Shown piece after piece: positions 11,810 through 23,238 of a stretch of DNA of 47,557 nt. Each line of letters starts with the position of its first letter. Position 1 is the first letter of the stretch. The notes below the pieces were generated by a model. That model was not told the origin of the DNA, did not search any database, and saw only the letters and a program-made list of their open reading frames with translations. The DNA lies in contig MU054040.1 of the NCBI GenBank assembly GCA_013239625.1, positions 12,144 through 59,700 on the forward strand, read 5' to 3'. Source of the DNA: Lama guanicoe. Taxonomy: Eukaryota. The position numbers and the translations under genes are program-made.

Positions 11810-12510
11810 GTTTTGAAAATTAGCCATTTAACAGGGCATTGCCTTTCCTGGCTATCAGTTCTGCTGACCTATGGGGGAAGCTGGAATTGGCCTGTAAATG
11901 TGCCCCTCTAACAGGTCTGTTATTGCATTATTCCTTTATGGGGACCCCCATGTAATTACACCAAATGTTGTTATAAATCCCACCGGAAGCCACCTCTCGG
12001 CTGAAGTCTAGAGGACACTTTGAGTGTCTAATCTCCCTCATCTGCCATTAGCAGGACTCCACATTCTTTCCAGTGTATCAGAGGACACGCTGAGCGGGGG
12101 GACAAGGACTACATGACCCAAATGGAGAGTGAGTGATTTGACAAGGAGTCAACCAGCGCTGCGAGCAAAGCTAGCTACCATCGGAACACTTCCTCCACAA
12201 CAAAGGGTGAATCAAAACCCTATTCCCCTAGCATACGAATTAGAAGAACAATTGTCTGATTATGATTAAAAAAAAGAGCATTACATTTTCTGTTCAGCCA
12301 TAATTGGTATGTATGACAATTTATGTAAACAGTAATGAAGCCTATGTGATTTTTGCGGGGAAATCGCATTATGACACCAATGATCGTTACTGTTAATTTT
12401 CCTGACGATGATGGCAATCAGCAGACACAGTTTCATTGTAAATAGGTTAATTTAAAATTCAAACACGGCTGGTATTTCAAAATGAGTTCACATTTGATTT
12501 CTGAAAGCTT
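11810..12510. promoter_or_regulatory. Candidate conserved non-coding element / developmental enhancer
   Basis: Unique sequence dense in homeodomain (TAAT/ATTA, TGTAATTACA), HOX/CDX-like (TTTATG, TTATAAA), SOX (ACAAT/ACAAAG) and ETS (CCGGAAG) motifs, with retained CpGs. Conservation is inferred, not measured. Confidence 0.45.
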
Positions 12511-13091
12511 TGGCCCAGTCTTTTTTCTGCATCAAGATTAAAATGCTTGGATGATACATGTCAACATGTACAACTTCGTTCTTCAGGATTGTGTGTATGT
12601 AAACGTGTGAGATACACACATGTTATATATGTGTGTGTGCGTCTTACATACTATACACGCTTTTGAGTTCTGTTCTGTTTCTGTGCTACAGAAATATGTT
12701 TCAGAAACTTACTACGAATGTAATGGGGAAATACAGTTATCACAAACTCATTTGCTAGCTTTGTAAGATAAGCGAGGAGTGGCATACCGGTATATTGTAT
12801 TATTTCTAATGTGTATTTGACAATTACCGAATCAAATTTTTAACAAGGTATAAAAACATGAATCTATCTTTCTTTATTGACTTGGGGCTTCTGGCCAGTT
12901 ACTCAGTTAAATTGATGTTCTGCCAGCACATATTTTTAGACCACATCAACCAGTTAATATATTTTTTTTTCTTTTTGAGATATATGCCCCCTAGAATTTA
13001 GATCAATTCCTGCCAACTTGTCCAAGCAAAGCGAAAATGTCTAATTTTCACTTTGGACACTTTTTTAAAAGTGACTACCTCAATTTTCTTG

Positions 13092-13092
<1 letters not shown>

Positions 13093-13155
<63 letters not shown>

Positions 13156-13173
13156 TACACACACACATATATG
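13093..13173. repeat. Compound (CA)n(TA)n(CA)n microsatellite
   Basis: Direct reading. Confidence 0.97.
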
Positions 13174-13999
13174 TGCTATATGAGATCACAACAAATGTCA
13201 TCGCAAAAAGAATTATAAAGAAGAGAAGAAACATTTTAAAGGCTGGCTTGTGTCTACTTACCAGTATTTAAGTAACATAAGGTATTTTCGCAAATTTTGT
13301 AACTGTAATAATTTGAAAGCTGAACTAATGTAAGCTACTAATTTTTCTTAAAAAATAAAATATTATAAACTATGACGGTGCACAGGTGCCATCGGTTTTA
13401 TTGACAGTAGAAATGAACCATGCCTCCAGATACCTTCTGTCTGTCTCTTTCTCTTTCATTTTAAGAGCAATTTCTGGGCGGTCAACCAATTGCTCATAGT
13501 TTGTTATGCTAATGAGAGAAAATGGAATCATGAATATTCAAAATGTATTATGATTTTGATTCTTTTAGTCCTACCAGTTTGATTTTGAAAATTTCATTCT
13601 TTGTAGAGAAGTTAGGCCCATCTTTATATGTGGCACTTTTAATTAAAATGCCGTTTGAAAAAGAGTCTATTCAGATAGTTTTACCCTGGACCGCGCATTT
13701 AAAGGAATGGGAATTGGAAAACATATTTTAGGTAAGTAAATACCTGGAAATCTGGAACAAAACCTTTCAAATTAGATATGTATAGCCCTGAACTCATTTT
13801 GCCTTGTGTTGAGTGTAATAAAACATCAGTAATTTTATATGAACTTAAAGTAGAGTTATACAAACAGCAAATACGCATATGGCTACATTTTAGTATACGT
13901 ACTTTGTCATCTCAGCCAATTACACATGATTCCCTCAAGAGAGGGAAATACGAGATGTTTAAGAGGCTTGATCAGGTGTCTTCTATGTTTTTGTCTGAA

Positions 14000-14065
14000 C
14001 GTTCATTTGTAACTTATCCTTTCATTCAATAACTCTTGTTAGCACTCATGTAGTAGCCAGCTCCA
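14000..14065 (-). mobile_element. L2 3' tail remnant
   Basis: ttcattcaataactcttgttagcactcatgtagtagccag resembles ttcattcaacaaatatttattgagcacctactatgtgccag. Confidence 0.45.
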
Positions 14066-14821
14066 ATGTTTGAAGGGGGAAATTATGGGAAAAAAATTAA
14101 AATTAGGAATAATTGTGTCCATTTATTAAATATTCTGAAAATTAGATGAAGACCATTATTGGAATTCCTTCCCTTAGCAGGTACCCCTCCTATGAGAGTT
14201 TATATTGAGAATTGCTGCTCTAAAATAGAATCAAAATGATATAGTTCTGCTGCTGAATAGATTTGTTTTAGCTGTTTTTATTTCATCAGCAATTTTCTGC
14301 AGATGAAGCCGAATTCCTGTTTAGTTCGTGGGTGATCCTCTGTACGGGCCTTCCATTTCACCTCGGATAGAATGTATCTCCTGAATCCAGACGAGCTCCT
14401 CCATCAGAAAGAGTGAGTTGCTTAACAAAGGGCTGTCACTGTGTTTTAAAACTGAATCACTACAAGAAAATAAAACAAACTAAAGCATAGGATCCTATTA
14501 CTGAGTATTCAGTAGCATTGAGTCTTCATTCTTCGTATGAATGGTGAGGATCTCTGGTTACCCCTTCACAGAACTGTTTCACAATAAAATCTCAGGATTC
14601 TTTAACTTTTCAAACCTTTTTAATCCCACATGCCACAGGGGTCAACTATTCATGAAACCTAGTTGAGTGAATAACATTTAGTGCTAATTGATTTAGGGCT
14701 AATGTAGTCAAACAAATGGTGGGTTATTACTAAAAAGGAAAGAGGTTCAGCCAAACTGACTTGTCTGTTAAGTAAAGATGAGTTACTTTGGAGTGGGAAT
14801 ATTCGCTTCAAATTGATCATT

Positions 14822-14890
14822 GAAAGAAAGGAAGGAAGGAAGGAAGGAAGGAAGGAAGGAAGGCAGGCAGGCAGAAAGAGAGAGAGAGAG

Positions 14891-14984
<94 letters not shown>

Positions 14985-14987
14985 GAA

Positions 14988-15044
<57 letters not shown>

Positions 15045-15093
15045 GAAGGAAGAAAGAAAAGAAAGAAGAAAGAAAAGAAAGAAAGAAAAAAAA
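14822..15093. repeat. Compound purine microsatellite (GGAA)n(GGCA)n(GA)n(GAAA)n
   Basis: Direct reading; about 270 bp, almost purely A/G. Confidence 0.98.
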
Positions 15094-16906
15094 TGTTTCA
15101 AAAATGTTTGCTGAATAATATGGTTGATGAATGACACACCTGTTAATGGCTTTGGCTCATGATAGAGCTTTTAAAATCGTATATTTTGCTAAAAAGAAAT
15201 AACATGCCACCAGTTACCTGTATCCTCAGCTTCTTAAGGATTCTTGAGGATAAATGGTTTGGAGGTAGCGTGCAGGCAGGACTACTGGTCTCTTCCGCAG
15301 ATCATGTCCGCACCATCGAGCTGATCCGCTGGTTAGTCATACTCCTAATTACTAGGAGCTACGCAAACCTTATGTTCTCTGTTCTGAGCGGGAGATGCTG
15401 GGAAGACTGATTTACCTCTGGAGTTTTTGATCTAAGGAAAGGCAGGGAGAGTCTAATTCCCTTTGTTAGTATCTGTCTTTCATCACTCACGGCTGATGAG
15501 AAAGAAAGAAAATCGCGCTCAAAGAGCATTCTTCTAAGAGGAAAAAGAATCTGGTGACAAAGATGACAGTTACAATTCTTTACCATTTAAGTGGCAACCT
15601 TTGGAGGATGACTCCCTCATTCTAAACATGCAGGCGTTGCTTTTTTCTTTTTACTCTATTAAGAATTGTGCATGAAGCCACTCAGAGGAGATGGGGACCA
15701 AGGGTCAACAGAACAGCTAGAGAGGTGACAAATAGCGATTCATTTCACTGTTTGTTTTCTAGATGATGGCTGCCTCTTTTCCCCGGTGCCCCATGCTTCT
15801 GGGGAGCTGCACAATGAGTTCCATGTCCTTTTAAATAGGGGCAGAGCTGCCACCGTGTAAACTAATAAATAGCACAATTGAGGTTTTCTTGGGCACGAAA
15901 TACAATGGATTCCTCTCAGTCACTTTATTCTTTCTCACAATTATTTTTTTCTGCAGAGAAAAAAGAAGTTCTTTTGTGACTTTATTCTGACATTTATGGA
16001 TTAATTTTTTTTAAACCAGTATTTCTTCTCTGTATCTTTCATAAGGTACAAATTTGGACCAAATTTGTATTGTTTGTCACATAAGATTCAGATCCTTCTG
16101 CCTTAAGAAAATGTCTAAAGCTAGCCCTTTGTTTAGTAATCAGAGTATTTCTGGTGCATTGCATTCATATTTAAAAAACTTTTTTTTTGAGTGAAAAAAG
16201 ACATGAGGAATGTCCAACCTGAACATATTCTAGAGATTTCTGTAGAATCAACTCAATCAAGATGCCAAATGTACCTCAAAAATGAAACAGAATTCTACCT
16301 GATCAATACACTAATTTCAGTTGTCTTTACAATTAATATCTCTCAGTCCATTCAAGCAGATATTTGGAGATCTGTATCGACAGCCAAGATTTTCTGAAAA
16401 CCCACAAGGGAAAAACAACAGCGTGCCAATGTGTGTTAATTGCAGTCGTATTGACACAGTTTAAACGCCAGAATTTCTAAGACAGTGACAAGTCAAATAT
16501 TAGAATGTCAAATCCAAGTGATATTGATTTAATCAGAGGATATTTCCTCCAAAAATGCTAATCATCTTCTCCCCCCCAATCAAATTCTCGTGTATTTTCT
16601 AGCTCCTTTTCTCAAATAGCCCTATTATAACACACTGATTTTAAGACTAACATAGTTCTCAGTACATTGATTTAAGATTTTTTTCGCCTGCTTCTTTTAC
16701 ATCCTTTCTTACCCAACTTCAATTCCGTGTTCTACTTTATAATCATGGGATGGTCTCTCTTTCCATAACGCCCTGCAGTAGATTGCTTAAAAGCTTAAAA
16801 TATTTGCTGACTCTGCCAGGATGATGATTATATTTTATTTCCCCTCCTCCTTGTCTTTTGGCCAATACATGGAAACCAAAGTGGCCTATAGCAGTTCTGA
16901 GTAGAA

Positions 16907-16908
<2 letters not shown>

Positions 16909-16943
<35 letters not shown>
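16909..16943. repeat. (CA)n microsatellite
   Basis: Direct reading. Confidence 0.97.
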
Positions 16944-16944
<1 letters not shown>

Positions 16945-17973
16945 GGTGTTGCATTGTACTCATTTCTTCTCAGCTACTGAAGCATCTGCTTATTGGTATA
17001 TAAACTGATACCAGGAGAGGAATCCCCTTGTGCTTACTGTAATTCAATACCATAAAGCTATGCTCTTGCTCTTAGGACATGGTAGCAAAGGTAAGGAAAC
17101 TCGTATTGAAGATACAAAAGTGGTTACAAAATAGTAAAACTTAGGATGAAATTGTCATCTGTGATAACTTGGAAGCCGTGATCCTGGGCTGGAGATAAAC
17201 TGATTCCAGGACCTAGAATGTAATTAGCATGCTCTGCTTTCTGTCAATATAGATTAATTTTGCATTCTCTGAAACTTAATAGAAATGTAATCATACGAAA
17301 AAGACTTTTTTTTTAATCTGCTTTCTTTTACTCAATTCTTTTGAGATTCACTTACGTGGTGTGTTTATCAATAACCATTTTTCATTACTGAGTAGTATTT
17401 CATTGTATGGACATGACCACTTTTGTTTCTCTAGTGATCTGTTGTTTTCTTTTCTGTTTTTGTCTATTAAAAATAAAGCAACTATAAAATAAATAAATGA
17501 AATAAAATAACACTGTTATAAACATTCATATGTAAGACATTGGATGCATATTTTTTTTTAATTCTTGAGTAAATACCTAAGAGTGGAATGGCTGGATCAT
17601 ATGATAGATACAGGTGTAGCTTATTAAGAAACTGCCAGACTATTTTTAGACTGGTCATAGTAGTTGCACAATTTTGCATTCCCTCTATCAGAATGTCAGA
17701 GCAGTAGTTCCTCAATATTCTCATCAATAGTTCATTTATAAACATTTATTTTAGCCTTTCTTTGTAGGCATTCCAGTAGGTGTGCAGTGATTCTTAATTC
17801 TATTGTTAATTGTATTATTAGTGTAATGGCCAATGATACTGAGGATATGTCTTCTTTGGAGCAAGGTTTATTTAAGTAGTTTGAGCTTTTATTTATTGGG
17901 TTATTTGTATTCTTCTTTTTTTTCCTTTTGATAGGTCTTATATTCTGAATATAAGTCCTTTTTTTTTTTTTTT

Positions 17974-18275
17974 NNNNNNNNNNNNNNNNNNNNNNNNNNN
18001 NNNNNNNNNNNNNNNNNNNNNNNNNNNNNNNNNNNNNNNNNNNNNNNNNNNNNNNNNNNNNNNNNNNNNNNNNNNNNNNNNNNNNNNNNNNNNNNNNNNN
18101 NNNNNNNNNNNNNNNNNNNNNNNNNNNNNNNNNNNNNNNNNNNNNNNNNNNNNNNNNNNNNNNNNNNNNNNNNNNNNNNNNNNNNNNNNNNNNNNNNNNN
18201 NNNNNNNNNNNNNNNNNNNNNNNNNNNNNNNNNNNNNNNNNNNNNNNNNNNNNNNNNNNNNNNNNNNNNNNNNNN
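17974..18275. other. Assembly gap (~302 N) preceded by poly-T
   Basis: Run of N. Confidence 1.
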
Positions 18276-19194
18276 TAGTCTCTGTTTTATTCAATTGTTC
18301 TATTTTTCTATCTTGCTACCAATAACACATTCCATTTGTTACTGTAGCTTTATAGTAAGCCTTGAAGTCCAGTACTGTTAGCCCTCCAATCTTGTTCTAT
18401 TTTTGTTTTGTTTTTATCAAACTTGCTTTGGCTATTCTGGACTTTTAATTTTTACATGTGTTTTAGAAACAGCTAATCAGTTTCTTCAAAAAAAATGTCA
18501 CTGAGATTTTGACTGGCATTGTGTTGAATTTATAGATCAATTTGAGAAGACTGACATCAAAACAATTTAGGGACTTGCAATCCATGAACAATATATAGTA
18601 TATCTCTCCAATAATTGAGGACTTTTCAAAATTTTGTTAGTAAACTTTTGAAGTTTTCAGTGTATCATTTTCCAGGTATTTTATCAGATTTATTCCTAAT
18701 ATTTTATATTTTGATGCTACTATAAATGGTATTTTTATTTTAATTTATTTCTTGATTGCTAACATGCAGAAATAAACAAATTTTGTATATTAATCTTAGT
18801 TCCTATAATTTTTCTAATTGCAGTTATTAGCTCTGGTAACTCTTATGTAGTAATATTAGATTTTCCATGTAGATATGTAGTTTTCTGCAAATAAAGACAT
18901 TTTTATTTCTTCCTTTCTAATCTGGATGCTTTTTCTTTCTTTTTCTTTCCTTATTTCACTGATCACAACTTTGCTACATGTTGAATAGTTGTGGTGAAAG
19001 CAGACATATTTTTCTTGTTCTTGATCATTGGAGGAAACTTTAGTTTTTGAAAATGCATTACTCTTTAAATGGCATGTGTCTGTCAACATTAAGTATAATG
19101 TGAGATGTAGGTTTTCATTTTCTTTCATTTTCACTTTCTTCAGTTCCTTGGATACGGAGAGTTTTTATCATTAATGAATGTTGAATTATATTTT

Positions 19195-19325
19195 TCTTTG
19201 TTTTGTTTTGTTTGGGGGTGGGTAATTAGGTTTATTTACTTGTTTAATGGAGATGATGGGGATTGAACCCAGGACCTCCTGCATGCTAACAATGCACTCT
19301 ACCACTGAGCAATATCTTCAACCCC
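19195..19325 (-). mobile_element. Vic-1-like SINE inserted in the L1
   Basis: ggtaattaggtttatttacttgtttaatggagatgatggggattgaacccaggacctcctgcatgctaacaatgcactctaccactgagc. Confidence 0.88.
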
Positions 19326-20622
19326 TTCTTTTTTTTTTTTGGTTTGTTAATTTTATGAATTAAGTTGGATGATTTTTCAAGTGGTAAGTCCTGAACCCCT
19401 GGAATAAACCATGCTTGGTAGTGCTATATTGTCATTTTCATGCATTTTTTGATTTTGATTTGCTAAAATTTTATTTATAATTTTCTCATATATGATTCAC
19501 AGGGGATATTGCTCTGTATTTTATTTCACTTGTAATATCTTTGCCTGGCTTTGTTACCAGGGTAATGCTAGTCTTATAGAATAAGTTTGTAATTATTTCC
19601 TTCTCTTTATTTCTCTGATAGCTTGTGTAGAATTGACATTTTATCGTCCTTAAATGTTTGGTAGAGATTGCTAATAAAGACTAGGCTTAAGGTGTCTTTG
19701 TGGCATAGTTTTAAACTACAAATTCAACTTATTTTATGGAAATAGAAGCATTCTGTTTTAGCCTCCTTTTCTGCTTTTCTGAGTTAGTTTGGTATTATAT
19801 GTCTCTCAAGAAATGTATTCATTCATCTACATTGTTGACTATATTGGCTTAAACTTGCTCATCATATTTCCTGTCCTTTTAATCATGCTATAATGATTGT
19901 TTTATTTTTGTCTACAAGAAACACTAGAATGATTATTGATGTTCCATCTCTCACTCCTGATACTGTTAATCTATGTCTTTGCTAATTTTTTCCCGATTAC
20001 TCAGACTAGAGGTGTATCACATTTATTGATTCTTTTCAAAGAATCAGCCTGTGGTTTCATTGAGTTTTTTTTCAATTGTTTTTCTGGTTTCTAATTTACA
20101 TTTCAGTTCTGATTTTTATTATTTCCTTTGTTCTGCTTCTTTTTAATTTACTCTTCTTTTTTGTTTGTTTCTTAAGGGGGGAGCTGAGCTCATTCATTTG
20201 AGACTTAGATTTTGATCTAATCTAGTCCTTTAGTGCCACACATTTTCAACTGTTTTAAAAGATGTGTTTGCCGACTATAGAATTCTAGGTTAAGAGCATT
20301 CCTTCCAGTACTTGAAAGATGTTTCTCCCTATTTTCTCACTTTCCTTGTCTCTGAAGAGAAGACTCTGTTATCCTTTTCATTGTTTCCTCTTTGCAAGAA
20401 GTGACCCTTTTGGGCTGCTCTTTAAGATTTGCTCTTTATAAGCAGTTTTGAACAATTTAATTATTCTATTTCTTAATGTAGTTTTCTTCATGTTTCTTTT
20501 GCTTGGGGTCCATTTAACTTGAATTTGTGGCTTTATATTTTTCAACAAATGGGGGAGGAATTTGGTCCATTATTTCTTCAAATACTTCTTTTATTTCTCC
20601 CTCTCTTTTCTCTCTCTAGGGA

Positions 20623-21081
20623 AGGCCAATTACACGTATATTAGGGATCAGAAGGTATCCTATAGGTGACTTTTTCTTTTTTCAGTTTTTGATGATTTTT
20701 CTGTCTCTGATTTGTAACGTACACTTCATCACCTTAAGGACTTTTACTTCTATTCTCTTGCTAATTACAACCTACCTTTCACACCTCAGATCAGGCCAAT
20801 TTTCAGAGAGATATCCTCTGACCCTTCAATTTCAACCACTTTCCTCATAGAGGCCAATTACACGTATATTAGGCGATCAGAAGGTATCCTATAGGTGACT
20901 TGTTCTTTTTTCAGTTTTTGACAATTTTTCCATCTCTGTTTGATTTGTAACGTACACTTCATCACCTTAAGGACTTTTACTTCTGTTCTCTTGCTAATTA
21001 CCACCTACCTTTCACACCTCAGATCAGGCCAATTTTCAGAGAGATATCCTCTGACCCTCCAATTTCAACCACTTTCCTCAT
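20623..21081. repeat. Diverged tandem duplication (20623-20848, 20851-21081)
   Basis: aggccaattacacgtatatt...actttcctcat twice; 8 substitutions and 2 indels by manual alignment. Confidence 0.95.
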
Positions 21082-22132
21082 TTGTAATGTCTTATTTCAA
21101 TTTTCATGTTTATAACATAATATTTATCCATTAAAGTGGTAACATAATCTATTTCTTTACAAACAAATGTTCAAAGTATAATAGTTCAAAAGATAGAGAT
21201 ACTGCCCAAGTAGACTCTGATTTTGTTTCTTGGGTGGAACTCTTTCTACTGCTCACCCTGGCTCTTAAGTCTACACTCTGGGAGTTAAATGGTTGCGTGT
21301 AAATTTCCAATTTTGCAAAAAGTGCTCCGTAGAGGTGTGCATCTTTCACACTCCACAAGTTTGATGACCTAAGTTTATTGTTGTCATTTGTTTGTTTTGC
21401 TCTTTCCTAATGGCTGCAAACATTTTTTTTTAATCTCCACTCCAGGTTCGTTGCTTCTTTGTTAATATCGTTCACTCACAAAGTTGGTAATTTATTCTGT
21501 ATTCTATACTAAATCATAGTTTTGTCTGGCTTTTTTTTTAACATAGTATGCCATTCTCCCCCACTTTTTCTGAACACCAGTGTGATGTAGGTTATTTTAT
21601 AATCAGAATATTTGAAAAATATTGGGAAAGATAAATCAAGTTAAGCATCAGCGAATTTAGTATTTATCATTATAAAGTTATTAAATTTTAACTATTCTGT
21701 GATTCCCCAGCCCTTACATTCCTTTTGTGTCTGAGCAAGAGAAGGGAATGTTGACTCAAAGAACCAACCATGATTTGACTGGCAAATATAAGATGACTCT
21801 TTTCCCCTCACACAACCTGACAACTCAATTAGCTTGTTCCTAAAAGTGAAAAAAGAACCAGGGTATGTACAGATTAGGAGAATTATATGGTTGAGAAGTA
21901 AAATTTCTCTTACTAATATTTCTTTTTATTTGTCCTTTTTAAGAAAATACAGGTATTATAATAAAAAATGAATAAGTTACTTTTTAAACCTCAATAGATA
22001 TTGTCTTTTTGAGAGTAGGAACTTGGTATTTAAAATGTAGTTTTGGTTCTATAACAAATTACATTAAATAATCATTGAAATTTTATATTAGTAGAAGGAC
22101 ATTACACAAAACCTTTTTTTTATTTGCACACC

Positions 22133-22328
22133 TTTTTTTATTGTTTTATTGAAGTATAGTCAGTTACAATATGCCAGTTTCTGGTGTACAGCATAATGTC
22201 CCAGTCATGTATATATATACATACATTTGTTTTCATATTCTTTTTCATTATAGGCTATTACAAGATATTAAATACAGTTCCCTGTGCTATACAGAAGAAA
22301 TTTGTATTTTTATCTATTTTTATATACA
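22133..22328 (-). mobile_element. Cetartiodactyl/camelid-type L1 3' end, 5'-truncated
   Basis: ttttattgaagtatagtcagttacaat..tttctggtgtacagcat..tattacaagatattaaatacagttccctgtgctatacag. Confidence 0.85.
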
Positions 22329-22379
22329 AGAATTTTTGCCTGAACTCATCTTCATTATAACATCTTGTTAAAGGCAGGC

Positions 22380-23082
22380 AGTAAGAGCTTTGTAGGCCCC
22401 ACTAGCTCTCAGGCTATTTACAGTCACAGTCCCAATACACACATGATCTCCCATCCAAGTTATTTCAAAGAGAGCTTTACCAGATATCTTGCCACTGCAC
22501 AGCATGGATCTCCATCCTTTTAGCTTGTGAAACATGTCCACTCACTGCCCACTACTCACGTGCTCAGCTACTAAGCCAGTGTCACACATCTTACAATTCT
22601 TATTTTTATATTCTGGCAGCCACTGACTTGAAGGTAAAAACTTCTGCATTTTGCTAAGTAATATACTGCATACTGAATATTAACTACAGAATCAAGCTAA
22701 AAACTATAATTTTATATAATAATACAGAATACTTCCCTAATGTGAAGTCCAAACTAGGTGTTCTTGTCTGCTGATGGCTTTTCTGCAGGATGATATAAGA
22801 CCCAGGTCATTTCATTTTGTGACCATCTACCTTTGACACGTGACTCCCCAAATCACTGTATCATTTATGTCAATATGGTAAATACTGAGAGATCATCAAA
22901 AATCACAATTATGTACACAATTTTATGCACAGAGATTTTAATGGGCTGGGACTAGGCATTGAGTATATTGCTCTCAGTTACACTGAACTGGTCACCTAAC
23001 TTCAAGGTCATATGGACATCATCTAGCTGTTGGTCGAGTAAGAATAAAAATTGGTGAACAGTTTGATGCCAGCCTCTGCAAT
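22380..23082 (-). mobile_element. Ancient MaLR (MLT1J/K-like) LTR (~22645-23082) with adjoining internal remnant
   Basis: ggcagccactgacttgaaggtaaaaacttc|tgcatt resembles the MaLR int/LTR junction; gacccaggtcatttcattttgtg and cacctaacttcaagg..atctagctg..ttggtgaacag are MLT1-like. Confidence 0.55.
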
Positions 23083-23104
23083 AATATATTTTTATTTTTA
23101 TTGG

Positions 23105-23238
23105 TATGGTTGTTAAATGTTAGTCTCCATCACTAGATTATAAGCTCCATGAAGGCAAATTGTATGTATATGTATTTTGTAACTGTGCTCAGTCCTTAGT
23201 TTACCATAACATACATTTTAAAGAAATGAGTGAGAGAA
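23105..23238 (+). mobile_element. L2 3' end
   Basis: gtctccatcactagattataagctccatgaaggca...aaatgagtga. Confidence 0.75.

Larger units (their letters stand above)
17250..20700 (-). mobile_element. Decayed, internally deleted LINE-1 (L1MC/L1ME-age): 3' end, ORF2 and ORF1 remnants
   Basis: ORF 17482-17745 contains YDPAIPLLGIY (ORF2 C-terminus). ORF 18856-19134 contains EIRKEKERKSIQIRKEEIKMSLFAEN (RT motif, consensus [25 protein letters not shown]). Sequence at 20260-20650 resembles ORF1 DNA (tatagaattctaggtt, ccattatttcttcaaata). Confidence 0.9.

Noticed and set aside
14813..15137. Three ~100-aa ORFs (KERK-rich / SFFL-rich)
   Set aside because: Translations of the (GAAA)n microsatellite
15493..15515. 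CTGATGA followed by GAAA repeats (hammerhead or snoRNA C-box look-alike)
   Set aside because: No flanking helices, and no suitably placed D box or terminal stem
17938..18294. 118-aa ORF
   Set aside because: Artefact of the N gap
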